Positions 9,185-19,656 are shown, numbered from the stretch's first letter. The stretch is DNA of 64,000 nucleotides from an uncultured delta proteobacterium (GCA_963745035.1 CAVUVW010000013.1:576001-640000); one strand, 5' to 3'. Notes: generated by a model from the sequence alone, not told the origin. Numbers and translations are program-made.

Positions 9185-10009
9185 ATGGATGCGGCTACAT
9201 CTCCGCGCTTCGAACCGATGACCACGGGCGTGCTCCTCGATCGCGCGTTTCGCCTCTATACCGGCAACTTCGCTCTGATGCTCGGCATCACCGCGGCCGC
9301 CTACGTGCCGTTTTATCTGATCATGCTCGTGATCGAAGCAAGCGTCGGCGGCCATGGGCCCGGCGGCGCGGGCGGCCTCTCCATGCTGCTCTTCCAAATC
9401 GTCTTCATGATTCTCTGGGCGAGCATCGCCTTTCCGATCGCCAGCGGCGCCACGACCTATGCGATCAGCGAGCGCTATCTCGGCAACGAGGTGACCATCG
9501 GCGAGGCCATGCGCCGCGGCTTGAGCCATTTCTGGTCGTTGTCCATCGCCCAGATCAGCGCGACGATCCGCGTGATGCTTGGATTCCTGCTGCTGATCGT
9601 GCCGGGAATTCTCTGGATGCTTTCCTATGCCTTGATCGTGCCGGTGATTCTGATCGAGGGGCAAAAAGCTCTCCCGAGCCTGCGCCGCAGCCGCGACTTG
9701 GTAAAGGGCTACCGCGGCAAGGTGTTCTGCATCCTGCTCGTGGTCAATTTCCTCCAGGTCGTTCTGACCGCCGGCGTGCGCATGATCGGCGGCGTATTTT
9801 TCGCCGGCGCGACGGCCGGCGGCGGTATTCTCAACTCCGCCCTGATCAATCTGCTGTCGATCTTTCTCACGCCCCTCGGCATCATTGCGGCCATCCTATT
9901 GTACTACGACATGCGCATTCGCAAGGAGGGATTCGATCTCGAGATGCTCAGCCGCGCGCTTGCGAGCGAGCCACAAGCCCTGGCGGCTCAGCCGACGCCG
10001 AGCCGCTGA
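9185..10009 (+). CDS. Multi-pass membrane protein (GDPD membrane domain/YciC-like), copy 1
   Basis: PMTTGVLLDRAF.LY, LLIVPG, IEG....SLRRS..LVKG, LLYYDMRIRKEGFDL. Confidence 0.85.
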   Translation: MDAATSPRFEPMTTGVLLDRAFRLYTGNFALMLGITAAAYVPFYLIMLVIEASVGGHGPGGAGGLSMLLFQIVFMILWASIAFPIASGATTYAISERYLGNEVTIGEAMRRGLSHFWSLSIAQISATIRVMLGFLLLIVPGILWMLSYALIVPVILIEGQKALPSLRRSRDLVKGYRGKVFCILLVVNFLQVVLTAGVRMIGGVFFAGATAGGGILNSALINLLSIFLTPLGIIAAILLYYDMRIRKEGFDLEMLSRALASEPQALAAQPTPSR

Positions 10010-10153
10010 GCTTGCGATGACGGTCGCTGCGCGGATCCGGCAGATTGCCGCTTCACTCGGCGGAATGGGTCGTCATCGCAAGCCGCCCATGCGGCGACTC
10101 CCCGCTCAAACCCGACCGCGCAGCCTCGCTTCCCGAAAGGAACCGCACGATCC

Positions 10154-10969
10154 ATGACCGTTGCCGGCGGCCGTTTCGAGCCCATGACCACCGGCGTTCT
10201 GCTCGATCGCGCCTTGCAGCTTTACACGGCTAATTTCGCGCTGATGCTTGGCATCAGCGCCGTAGCGTACGTTCCCTTTTACTTGATCATGCTCGTGGTC
10301 GAATCCGCGCTCGGTTTCAATGCCGCAAGCGACGCCCTCACGGCGGTATTGTATTTTGTGGCCTTTATCATCCTTTGGTCGAGCGTCGCCTTTCCCATCG
10401 CCGGCGGCGCGGCAACCTACGCGATCAGCGAAAGATACCTGGGCAACGCCGTCACCATCGCCGACGCGCTGCGCCGCGGCCTGGCCTGCTTTTGGCGGCT
10501 ATCGTTGGCAGAGCTTGCCGCCACCCTTCGCGTGCTCTTCGGTTTTCTTCTGTTGATTGTGCCCGGCGTTCTTTGGACGCTATCTTACGCTCTGATTGTT
10601 CCGGTCATTTTGATCGAAGACCTCAAAGCGATGCCGAGCCTTGCGAGAAGCCGCGACTTGATGAGTGGTCACCGCGGCAAGGCGTTTTGCATCATGATCG
10701 TGCCGCTCACGTTGCAGATCGTGGTCAGCCTGGGACTGGGCATGATCGCCGACTGGATTTTTCCCGGGGAAGCCGGCGAAAACACTCTCCTCGGCTCTGC
10801 GCTCGACGGTTTCCTTTCCATTCTCTTTACTCCGTTCTTCGAGATCGCGACGATTTTGCTTTACTACGACATGCGCATCCGCAAGGAAGGTTTCGATCTC
10901 GACATGCTCAGCCGCGCGTTTGCGCTCGAGCCGAAATCCTTGGCGGAGGCGCCTATGCCGGGCCGCTGA
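10154..10969 (+). CDS. Multi-pass membrane protein, tandem paralog of 9185-10009
   Basis: Same motifs end to end: RFEPMTTGVLLDRA, TYAISERYLGN, LLYYDMRIRKEGFDL. Confidence 0.85.
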   Translation: MTVAGGRFEPMTTGVLLDRALQLYTANFALMLGISAVAYVPFYLIMLVVESALGFNAASDALTAVLYFVAFIILWSSVAFPIAGGAATYAISERYLGNAVTIADALRRGLACFWRLSLAELAATLRVLFGFLLLIVPGVLWTLSYALIVPVILIEDLKAMPSLARSRDLMSGHRGKAFCIMIVPLTLQIVVSLGLGMIADWIFPGEAGENTLLGSALDGFLSILFTPFFEIATILLYYDMRIRKEGFDLDMLSRAFALEPKSLAEAPMPGR

Positions 10970-10975
10970 ATTTCG

Positions 10976-11635
10976 ATGCCGTCCACTTCACCCGTCCAGC
11001 AGATCCCCACCCCCGAAACGATTCGCGCAGCGACGCGGTCCGTGCTCGATCGGCCGGAGTTCGCCGAGCCGCCCCGTTGGCACCAGACTCTCGTGGACAT
11101 GATGCTGGCCGTCAAGGAATGGCTCGACCGGCTGTCCGGCTGGTCGGAAGCCAATCCCACTCTGGCAAAAGCTCTCTTTGTTCTTGCCGTGGTGATCCTG
11201 CTTGCCTGCCTCGGCCACGTGCTCTATCTCATGTTGGCGGACACCCCGCTGTTTCGGCGCGCGCCAGCGGATGCGTCCCGGAGGTCGGCGCGCTGGGAGA
11301 TTTTGGAAGGCGCCGCAACCGATTGGCGCGAAGCGCTCCAGCTCGCTCGCGCCAAGCTTGCCGAAGGCGATCTCAAGCGCGCGGTCTGGATCGCCCATCG
11401 GGTATTGCTCGGATTGCTCGATCAACAGGGAGCGGTTCACTTCGCCGGTTGGAAAACCAATTCGCACTATCTGCGCGAGTGCGCTCCGGCGCATCCGTGG
11501 CACAAACCGTTTGCCGAGCTCACCGATCTTTACGAGCAGATCGTTTACGCTAGCCGCCAGGTGCCCGCCGCCCACGTCGAAGCGTCGGTGGCGCAGATCG
11601 ACCGATTGTGCGCCGAGTCGGACGCGCAGTCATGA
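10976..11635 (+). CDS. DUF4129-like membrane protein
   Basis: One TM segment, then A.AEGD...A, KTNSHYLRE, F..LT..YEQIVY; position in the MoxR operon. Confidence 0.75.
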   Translation: MPSTSPVQQIPTPETIRAATRSVLDRPEFAEPPRWHQTLVDMMLAVKEWLDRLSGWSEANPTLAKALFVLAVVILLACLGHVLYLMLADTPLFRRAPADASRRSARWEILEGAATDWREALQLARAKLAEGDLKRAVWIAHRVLLGLLDQQGAVHFAGWKTNSHYLRECAPAHPWHKPFAELTDLYEQIVYASRQVPAAHVEASVAQIDRLCAESDAQS

Positions 11636-12876
11636 CTTCCCAGACCATCAATCGCCTGACCGCCGGCCTAGCGACGGGAATTTTTTTGATTCTCTCGCTG
11701 CTGCTCGCAAATCTTTCCACCCCGCAGAGCAGCGATACGCTGCTCCGCCGGCCGTCGACCTTTTTTACCGATCCGAGCGGCGCGCGCGCCCTGCTGCTGG
11801 TCATGAAACAGCTCCTGCCCGCCGCCGAGCAGTGGCGCCGCCCGTTCCATCTGCTGCCGGCGCCCGCGGAAGCGAGCACCTTGATCATCGCCGGACCGCA
11901 GCGCCCGCTGGCGAGCCGCGAAGTCGAAGACCTCGAGCGCTGGCTCGACGCCGGCGGTCAATTGATTTTGCTCACGGCCAACGGCTGGCCGATAGGCCGC
12001 AGGGCGGCTTCCGGCGAGCGGACGCGGACGAACAAGATGTAGCGCGCGGCGCCGCGCCGGTCGCGGCGCCCACGTTTTTGGCGCGCCACGAGCCGCGCTT
12101 GGCCTGGACAAAACCCGAGAAAAACATGATCACCGGCCGCGCCGCGGGCGCTTCGATCCCTTCCGGCGAAATCACCTTCGCTTGGCGCGCTGGCTTCAGT
12201 CGCACGGGCGGCGCGCGAGTGATCGCGACCGCGGGCAATAACGCCATCGCCGTGGAAATTCCGGTAGGTCGAGGACGCATCGTTGCGGTCGCTGATCCGG
12301 CGATGGCAAGCAACGGCGCGCTGCGCCGCTCGGACAACGCGGTATGGCTGATAAGGCTTGTCACGAGCTGGCGCAGTGGCAAAGTTCTGTTCGACGAGTA
12401 TCACCACGGCTTCGGCCAGAAGCGCGGCACGATGGAATTGACCCGAGCGTTCTTCCTGACGCCGTGGGGCTGGTGCGTGCTTCAGCTTGCCGCGGCGGGA
12501 CTGCTTTACGTGTTTGTTTACCGGCGGCGTTTTGGACGGATTCGCGAGCCGCTCGCGCCGGCGCGCGCCAGTCCCTTGGAGTTGATCGGAGCGCGCGCCG
12601 GAGTTTTTCAAACCGCCGGGGCGCAGCGCCTGGCGGCGGATTTGATCGTGCAGCACCTCTGCCAAGATCTGGGCAAAGCGCACAGCAAGACCGTCGACAG
12701 CGCCAACCTGGATCGCGAGCTGCAGATCGCAGCTCAAAGGAGCGGCGCGGCGGCGCGCGCGCGCGGCCTTCAAGATTTGTTTGGCAAGAGTACGGCAAGG
12801 CGAGCGGCTCAGCGATCGAGAATTCATCGAGCTCGGACAAACCGCGGGAGAAATCATTAAAGGATCAAAACCATGA
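11632..12876 (+). CDS. DUF4350-like membrane protein, two single-base frameshifts (~12018, ~12782)
   Basis: PSTF.TDPSG.RAL, L.RWLDAGG.LIL, GRGRIV, N..L...DNA, FDEYHHG, RRFGR. Adding one G at ~12018 and removing one T at ~12782 gives one ORF ending in TGA that overlaps the MoxR ATG (ATGA at 12873). Confidence 0.75.
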
Positions 12877-13842
12877 GCGACAATGGCATTCCCTCCGATA
12901 TCCTCAACATCGGCCGCGCCGTGCAGACAGAGCTGCAGCGGGTGATTTACGGCCAGCCGACGGCGATTCAGAGCTTGCTCGTCGCCGTCACCGCCGGCGG
13001 GCACGTGCTGCTTGAAGGCGTGCCGGGAGTCGCCAAGACGCTGCTCGCGCGCAGTCTTGCCGCCGCTTTGCGCTGCGGTTTCTCGCGCATTCAGTTTACC
13101 CCCGATCTGATGCCCGCGGACATCACCGGCGTGAGCGTCTTTGAATCGGCGACGCGCGAATTCAGCTTCCGCCCCGGGCCGTTGTTTTCCGACGTCGTGC
13201 TCGCCGATGAAATCAACCGCGCGCCGGCCAAGACCCAGGCCGCGCTGCTCGAAGCGATGCAGGAGTATCAAGTCAGCGTGGACGGCCAGAGCCGCGCGCT
13301 ATCGCGCTGCTTCACCGTCGTGGCGACCCAGAATCCGATCGAGTACGAGGGCACCTATCCCCTGCCCGAGGCGCAGCTTGATCGCTTTCTCATGAAGGTG
13401 ATCGTCGATTATCCGGGCGAAGAGGAGGAGCGCGCGATGCTGCGGGCGATGCACAGTTCTGAGCGACCGGGCGTCCCAGGCCCATGCGATCATCCAGCCG
13501 GTGGTCGGCCCCGAGGAAATCCTCAAGCTCCGCGCCGCGACCCACGCGATCCGAGTCGACGATTCCGTGCTCGATTACACGCTCCGGCTGATTCGCCAGT
13601 CGCGCGCTTTTCCGAGCCTGACCCTCGGCGCGAGCCCGCGCGCGGCGATCATGCTGCTCCAGGCGGCCAAGGCGCTTTCCTTGCTGCGCGGCAAAGATTA
13701 CGTCACGCCGGATGAAATCCAGCTCATGACCCTGCCCGTGCTGCGCCATCGCATTCGCCTGACGCCGGAGGCGGAGATCGAAGGGCTCACGCCCGACGGC
13801 TGCATTCAGGCGCTGCTCGCCCAAGTCGACGTGCCGCGATGA
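12873..13842 (+). CDS. moxR: MoxR-family AAA+ ATPase, single frameshift at ~13458
   Basis: [59 protein letters not shown]. The C-terminal GASPRA and VLRHRI lie in the next frame. Confidence 0.92.
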
Positions 13843-13947
13843 CAGAGACAGAGAGGGAGGCTTGGAGACAAGGAGACTAAGCCGTTAAAAGATGGACTCG
13901 GATAGAGAATATTTTCGCCGTGGAAACGGAGTAGCGCCATTTCATTC

Positions 13948-15255
13948 TTGCCGACTTTGCGCCTGATCCGACTGCTCGTCCTCGGCGCGCCGCTCTGGCT
14001 CCTGGCGCTGTTTCTTCCCGCCGGATGGCTCGTCGGGCTTTTATACTTCGCGCTGCTGGCGATCCTCTGCTGGCGCGACGCGCGCACTATCCCGGCGGCG
14101 GCGCAGCTCGGCGCAGCGCGCCGCCTGCCGCCGCGTTTCGCCCTCGACGTCGAACAGCCGATCACCCTGGTCTTGGCCAATCACTCCGAGCGGCCCGTTC
14201 AGGCCGCCGTCCGCGACGAGCTTCCGGATGCGGTCGAGTCTGCGGACGCCTTGCCCGCCGTCGTCATTCCCCCGCACGGCGAGGCGCAGTTGAGCTACAC
14301 CGTCCGGCCGGTCCGCCGCGGTGCTCATGATTTCGGCGCCGTCGTCCTGCGCGCGCGCGGCCGGTCCGGCTTCGTTGAAAAGCAGCTTTCCCTCGCCACG
14401 CCGGATACCATCAAAGTCTACCCGAACTTCCGCGGCGCCGATCGCTATCAACTGCTTGCGCAAATCGACCAGCGCGAGGAGACCGTGCGCAAGCCGCGGC
14501 CCTTCAAAGCCGCCGGCACCGACTTCGAAAGCCTGCGGCCCTATATTGCGGGCGAAGATCCGCGCAACATCGACTGGAAGGCGACCGCGCGGCGCGGCGC
14601 GCCGATCAGCCGCAACAAGCAGGTCGAGAAAGGCCAGCAGCTCGCCGTGCTGCTCGATGCCGGACGGCTGATGGCGGAAACCGTCGGCGCGTATTCGAAG
14701 CTCGAGCACGCGCTCAACGCCACGGTGATGCTGAGCTACGTCGTGCAAAAGCGCGGCGACGCCCTTGCGGTGGCCTCGTTTTCGAACAAGATCGAATCGT
14801 TCCTGCCGACCGTGCGCGGCCCCTCGCTCATGCCGCGCGTGCTCGAATCGCTCTACGCCGTCCAGGTCCGCCCGGTGGAGTCCGATTACTGGCAAGCGAT
14901 CGCCCAGGTGATGACCCTTCTCAGCCGGCGCAGCCTGGTGGTTCTCCTGACCGACGTGCTGGACGCCTCGGCGAGCGCGGGGTTGATCAATAATCTTTCC
15001 CGCGCGGCGGAAAAGCACCTTGTGCTCTGCGTCGTGTTGAGCGAGCCGGCGATCGGTGAAATCGCCCGCATGATCCCCGGCAGCGTGGAAGAAACTTATC
15101 GCAAAGCGGCCGCCTGCGACCAGCTCCGGCGCCGCCGGCTCGCGCTGGAAAGCATGCGCGCGCGCGGTATTCTGGTGCTGGAAACCGACCCGGCGCACCT
15201 GAGCGTTCAGTTGGCGCAGCGCTACTTGGAGATCAGACAGGCCGACTTGCAATAG
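13948..15255 (+). CDS. DUF58 (vWA-like) protein
   Basis: GTDFESLRPY..GED.RNIDWKATAR, LLDAGRLM, RSLVVLLTD. Confidence 0.9.
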   Translation: MPTLRLIRLLVLGAPLWLLALFLPAGWLVGLLYFALLAILCWRDARTIPAAAQLGAARRLPPRFALDVEQPITLVLANHSERPVQAAVRDELPDAVESADALPAVVIPPHGEAQLSYTVRPVRRGAHDFGAVVLRARGRSGFVEKQLSLATPDTIKVYPNFRGADRYQLLAQIDQREETVRKPRPFKAAGTDFESLRPYIAGEDPRNIDWKATARRGAPISRNKQVEKGQQLAVLLDAGRLMAETVGAYSKLEHALNATVMLSYVVQKRGDALAVASFSNKIESFLPTVRGPSLMPRVLESLYAVQVRPVESDYWQAIAQVMTLLSRRSLVVLLTDVLDASASAGLINNLSRAAEKHLVLCVVLSEPAIGEIARMIPGSVEETYRKAAACDQLRRRRLALESMRARGILVLETDPAHLSVQLAQRYLEIRQADLQ

Positions 15256-15260
15256 ATTTT

Positions 15261-16130
15261 ATGGACGAACGAGTTCACATATCGACCCCCGATCACGTGA
15301 GCCTCGAGTTCGAGCTCGCCGGTGCCGGCTCGCGCTTCTCCGCCTATTTGATCGATTTTGTCTTCAACGTTTTGTTGATTATCGCCGTCGTCCTGGCCGC
15401 CTATCTGACCGGCGGCTGGATCGCGCTCAGAGCGTTTGCCGGCAGCGCCGGCGCCTCGGCCGGCTCATCGTGGCTCTGGGCGATCGTCGTGCTGATGATT
15501 TTTTTGATCAACTGGGGCTACTATGTTTTCTTCGAGGGTTTGGGCAAAGGTTCGACCCCGGGCAAAAAGCGCATGGGCATTCGAGTCATTCGCCAGGATG
15601 GGCTGCCCATCGGGCTGCGCGAGGCTGCGCTGCGCAATCTGGTGCGCGCCGCCGACATCTTGCCGCCGCCGAGCTATATTTTGGGTGGCCTGGTGATGCA
15701 CTTCGACCGCTACGGCCGGCGCCTCGGCGATATGGTGGCGGGGACCTATGTGGTCGTCGAGAAGTTCGACTTGGCCGCCCAAGGCGCCAGCGGCGCGGCC
15801 TGGGCCAAACGGGTCGAGCAGGGAGGATCGCGCCAAGCGCTCACCCTGCCGCGCGGCGCGATCTCGGCGCAGCAGCTCGCCTTGATCGAGCAGTTCCTCG
15901 CCCGCTCGCATGAGCTTTCGCGGGAGCGCCGCGAACAGTTGATCTGGCAAATCACCGAGCCCCTCTTGCCTTTGGTGAACGAAGATCGCGACAGCCTGGC
16001 GCGCAGCGCCGAGCGCGCCGAGCGCTGCCAACGGCTGCTCTTGCAAATTCTCGATCTGGCGCGGGAGAGAAAGCCGGCGGTAGCGGGGAGCGCCGCCGCC
16101 AAGAGCGCGCCGCCGCCGTCTTTATTTTAG
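15261..16130 (+). CDS. RDD family membrane protein
   Basis: TPDHV.LEFELAG.GSRF.AYLID, G.TPGK..MGIRV, RN..R..D, RRLGDMVAGT.VV. Confidence 0.9.
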   Translation: MDERVHISTPDHVSLEFELAGAGSRFSAYLIDFVFNVLLIIAVVLAAYLTGGWIALRAFAGSAGASAGSSWLWAIVVLMIFLINWGYYVFFEGLGKGSTPGKKRMGIRVIRQDGLPIGLREAALRNLVRAADILPPPSYILGGLVMHFDRYGRRLGDMVAGTYVVVEKFDLAAQGASGAAWAKRVEQGGSRQALTLPRGAISAQQLALIEQFLARSHELSRERREQLIWQITEPLLPLVNEDRDSLARSAERAERCQRLLLQILDLARERKPAVAGSAAAKSAPPPSLF

Positions 16131-16142
16131 ACACAACACGCC

Positions 16143-17114
16143 ATGGAAGACAGCGGAGAAAAACTCGAACAGTGGACGCGCTTTTACCAGCGCGCCCAAG
16201 CACTGCTGCGCGGCGGGCCGCGGGCGCTGCGCAAGTTGAGCGCCGCGGAGCTGGCGCGCCTGATCGACGACTATCAGGCGCTCACCGCCGACTTGGCGCG
16301 CGCCCGCTCCCTCGGCGCCGCGCGTGAAACGGTCGATCAGCTCAATCGCATCGCGGTCGCCGGGCACAATCTGCTCTATGGCCGGATTCGCCTGCGCGAC
16401 CACAGCGGACCGTCATACGGGCTTGGCGGCTTCGCGCGGGTCGTGCGCCGGCACGCCTGGGCCGTGGCGCTGTCGGCAATGGTTTTTTTCGGCGCCGCTC
16501 TGGCGAGCTTCGCCGCGGTGCAGCTCTATCCGTCCCTGGGCTACGATCTGCTCGCCGATGAGTTTCTCGACTTCGATCCCGCCAGCAAGGACAATCTGCA
16601 CGAGATCCCCAGCCTGGCGCGCCCGGTGATTTCCTCGCTCATCATCTCCAACAACATCCAGGTCACCTTGCTCGCCTTCGGCTTGGGGCTGACCGCCGGC
16701 ATCGGCACCACCGTGCTGCTGATTTTCAACGGCATCCATTTGGGATCGGTCGCCGGCTGGATGACCTTGCACGGCAAGGATCGAGCGCTGTGGGGGTGGA
16801 TCATGCCGCACGGCGGCACGGAGCTGTTGGCGATCTGTCTGGCGGGCGCGGCCGGCTACCTGCTGGCTGCCGCCATCGTCGCGCCGGGGCAAGTGCGCCG
16901 GAGCACCGCGCTCAAAAATATCGGCGGCGACGCGCTGGTGATCGAGCTCGGCTGCATGGTGATGTTGGTGATCGCCGGCGTGATCGAGGGTTTCGTCTCG
17001 CCGAGCGCCATCGACTACCCAAGCCGGATCGGCGTGCTGGCAGCGAGTCTGGGGCTCTGGGCGGCCTATTTTTTGGTCGCGGGCCGCAAGCCGCTGTCGC
17101 GCTCGCGTTCGTGA
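16143..17114 (+). CDS. Stage II sporulation protein M-like membrane protein
   Basis: Y.....DLARAR, ISNNIQV, FNG, I.PHG..EL, AGVIEGFVS. Confidence 0.88.
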   Translation: MEDSGEKLEQWTRFYQRAQALLRGGPRALRKLSAAELARLIDDYQALTADLARARSLGAARETVDQLNRIAVAGHNLLYGRIRLRDHSGPSYGLGGFARVVRRHAWAVALSAMVFFGAALASFAAVQLYPSLGYDLLADEFLDFDPASKDNLHEIPSLARPVISSLIISNNIQVTLLAFGLGLTAGIGTTVLLIFNGIHLGSVAGWMTLHGKDRALWGWIMPHGGTELLAICLAGAAGYLLAAAIVAPGQVRRSTALKNIGGDALVIELGCMVMLVIAGVIEGFVSPSAIDYPSRIGVLAASLGLWAAYFLVAGRKPLSRSRS

Positions 17115-17154
17115 CCCGTCGCCGTTTGTTGATCTGTCCGCGAGAGGAAAGCCC

Positions 17155-17793
17155 ATGGCCCATCGACCTGTGAAGAAAAGGCGCGCACACTTTTCCATGC
17201 TGCGAAACTATCAGCCGGCGGACCTGATCACTCTCGCTAACGGCGCGGCCGGCACGGCGGCAATCTTTGCGACGATGAGCTACTTGGTCGCGGCGGAAAT
17301 CTGGCGGCTGTATCTGGCCATGGCGCTTCTCGCGGTGGCGCTGCTCTTCGATATCGCCGACGGCAAGATCGCGCGCCGGCGCGGCGAGCACTCCCCCTTC
17401 GGCCAGGAGTTGGATTCCCTCGCCGACATCGTGAGCTTCGGAGTCGCGCCCGCCGCGCTCGCCTACGGCCTCGGCATGCGCGGCTTTCTTGACGCAATCG
17501 TTCTGGTCTACTTCGTCGCCTGCGGCATCAGCCGGTTGGCGCGCTACAACGTGACCGCCGGCGATCTCGCCGACGACTCCGGCAAAGTGAAATATTTCGA
17601 GGGCACGCCGATCCCGTCGAGCTTGATCCTCGTCGCCATTCTCGCCACCTGCGCCTATCTCGGCCGCATCGGCGACAATCTCCCTTTCGGCACGGTGGAA
17701 ATCGCCGGCGCCCGCTGGCATCCATTCTCGCTGCTGTTTTTCGTGAACGGCTCCACGATGATCAGCAAAACGCTGCGCATTCCGAAATTGTAG
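17155..17793 (+). CDS. pssA: CDP-alcohol phosphatidyltransferase (phosphatidylserine synthase-like)
   Basis: ITLAN, DIADGKIARRR...FGQELDSLADIVSFGVAPA, RLARYN, FEGTPIP. Confidence 0.85.
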   Translation: MAHRPVKKRRAHFSMLRNYQPADLITLANGAAGTAAIFATMSYLVAAEIWRLYLAMALLAVALLFDIADGKIARRRGEHSPFGQELDSLADIVSFGVAPAALAYGLGMRGFLDAIVLVYFVACGISRLARYNVTAGDLADDSGKVKYFEGTPIPSSLILVAILATCAYLGRIGDNLPFGTVEIAGARWHPFSLLFFVNGSTMISKTLRIPKL

Positions 17794-17880
17794 CGAGGTC
17801 CGAATTCGGCGTTGAAATTTGGCTCAGCGCCTGCGGGATACGATCCTGGAGTCGTGAAGACACTCGAGCGTGCGGTGACC

Positions 17881-18942
17881 TTATCCCTTGGGCGCCAGAA
17901 TCGGCCGGAGCTTTTCCTTGAGCGCGGCGGGCATGGACAAGCCTTCGACGATCATCTTGTGCAGCGTGGTACCGGCGATCGGGCTCACGGTCATTCTCGC
18001 CTTGTCGGCTTCGGCGATAAACTCCGGATCCTGCAACGACTTGAGAAACGCCGCTTCCACGGCGCGCACTCGATCCGGCGGCACGCCGGGCGGCATCGCG
18101 TACGGGCGGGCGTAGCTGTTGGGCTTGACGAGCCCGAGCTTGAGCATCTCGCGCTGCTCGTCCGTGCGCGCGTATTGGTAGATCGACGGCACGTTTTTCT
18201 GCGGCAGATCGGTCAGCGGCTCGTCCACCCACTGCGAGAGGATCAGCCATTCGCCGCTCTCGAAGTCCTTGTAGTTCGACGCGCCGAGAGTTTCCCAGCC
18301 GGTGATCACGCTGTTGACCTCGCCCGACTGCATGGCGAGACGAATCTCCGCGGTGCCTTTGAATCCGGTTACCAGCTTCACCTTCGCGCCCAACACGTCT
18401 CGCAGAAACGTCGCCGAATGCTGGATGCTGGTGTTGGGCACCGCGCCAACGACGACTTCCTTGCCGCCGCTCATGAAATCTTCCATCTTGGCGATGCCGG
18501 ATTTTTTCGTGACGACCATGATGTATTTGAAGATGTCCGGCGCGCCGATGTAGTTGAATTTCGTCATGTCGAACTGCACGGCCGAGGAGCCGTAGAGCTG
18601 CGAGGGCCAAATACCGCCGTCGAAGCTGTTGATCACCGTGCCGTCTCTCGGCGCCTGGCTGTAGGTGTAGTTGGCGGAGACCATAGTGCCGGCGCCGACC
18701 ATGTTGTTGACGAGGATCGCCGGATTGCCGGGGATGTATTTGCCGATGTGCCGGGCGATCGCGCGGGCATAGCGGTCAAAGCCGCCGCCGGCCGAGTGGC
18801 CGACGACGATGGTAATGGTCTTGCCGCGGTAAAAATCCGCCACGGCCTTCTCATCGTAGGCCGGCGCCTGTCCCGCCGGCGCCGCGCCCGCGAAACAGAG
18901 CGGCAATACAAAGCCGAGAACGATGGCAAATAGTCTAGTCAC
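17881..18942 (-). CDS. Bug/TctC-family substrate-binding protein
   Basis: FYRGKTITIVVG.SAGGGFD..AR, NMVGAG, PPGVP; GTG start after GAGGAGG. Confidence 0.88.
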   Translation of the reverse strand: MTRLFAIVLGFVLPLCFAGAAPAGQAPAYDEKAVADFYRGKTITIVVGHSAGGGFDRYARAIARHIGKYIPGNPAILVNNMVGAGTMVSANYTYSQAPRDGTVINSFDGGIWPSQLYGSSAVQFDMTKFNYIGAPDIFKYIMVVTKKSGIAKMEDFMSGGKEVVVGAVPNTSIQHSATFLRDVLGAKVKLVTGFKGTAEIRLAMQSGEVNSVITGWETLGASNYKDFESGEWLILSQWVDEPLTDLPQKNVPSIYQYARTDEQREMLKLGLVKPNSYARPYAMPPGVPPDRVRAVEAAFLKSLQDPEFIAEADKARMTVSPIAGTTLHKMIVEGLSMPAALKEKLRPILAPKG

Positions 18943-18967
18943 GGCAGCCTCCTCGAAGAATTGGATC

Positions 18968-19022
18968 TGGAGTAATGGATTGAAAACCCAACACTCCAAT
19001 ACTCCACCACTCCATTACTCCA
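18968..19022. repeat. 8-nt-period ACTCCA tandem repeat with an inverted TGGAGT unit
   Basis: ACTCCA at 18993, 19001, 19009, 19017; TGGAGT at 18968. Confidence 0.85.
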
Positions 19023-19656
19023 GTTCTTTCTCCCCCAACTTCGCGACCAACGTTTGCGAATCCATCACCACGCCGAAGTGCTTGTCAAAGTTTTTAAGGG
19101 TTGCATCCTGTTCCTCTCGGGAGAAAGAGGCGTTGCAGTCCGATAAAAACAGGACTTTGAAATCGCGCATGGCACCGTCGCGCGCCGTGCTGTCGCAGCA
19201 GACGTTGGTCGCCACGCCGGTGACCGCGATCGTGTCGCGGCCGAGAGCGCGCAGCAGATTCTCGAGCTGCGTGCCGTAAAAGCCGCTGTAGCGAAATTTT
19301 TTCACCAGAATATCGGCCTGCGCCGGCTTTACCGGCTCGTAGATCTCCGCCCCCGGGCTGCCCTCGAAGTTGCTCCATTCGTCGTCGGCGTCATGGGTCT
19401 GCGGCTTGATGTCGGCGAAGATGCCGGCGTCCGCGAAGTCTTTGCGCTTGGTCGTGTGCAGATAGATGACCGGCACGCCGCGCGAGCGGCAAAAGCGCAG
19501 CAGCTCCTGAATGCGCGGCACGATATCTTCGGACATCGGCAGATAGCGCGCGCCGCGCGGGTGCACCCAGATGTTTTGCATGTCGACGACGATGAGCGCC
19601 GTATTGTTGACGGTCACCGGCCAACGCTCGGCGCCGCGGCCTGCAAGCTCAGCCAT
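19015..19656 (-). CDS. Isochorismatase-family cysteine hydrolase
   Basis: ALIVVDMQN, K.RYSGF, GVATNVCC.STARD (Asp-Lys-Cys triad); ATG after GGAGGA. Confidence 0.9.
   Translation of the reverse strand: MAELAGRGAERWPVTVNNTALIVVDMQNIWVHPRGARYLPMSEDIVPRIQELLRFCRSRGVPVIYLHTTKRKDFADAGIFADIKPQTHDADDEWSNFEGSPGAEIYEPVKPAQADILVKKFRYSGFYGTQLENLLRALGRDTIAVTGVATNVCCDSTARDGAMRDFKVLFLSDCNASFSREEQDATLKNFDKHFGVVMDSQTLVAKLGEKELE

Noticed and set aside
10018-10157. Small ORF MTVAAR... resembling the start of the second paralog (MTVAGGR)
   Set aside because: Similarity covers only about four codons; not enough to call a gene or duplication.
11632-13842. Programmed frameshifting or phase variation in DUF4350 and moxR
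   Set aside because: No slippery heptamer or long homopolymer; isolated one-base indels fit sequencing error better.
13841-13880. GAGAC-rich stretch after moxR
   Set aside because: Short and degenerate, with no second copy in the window.
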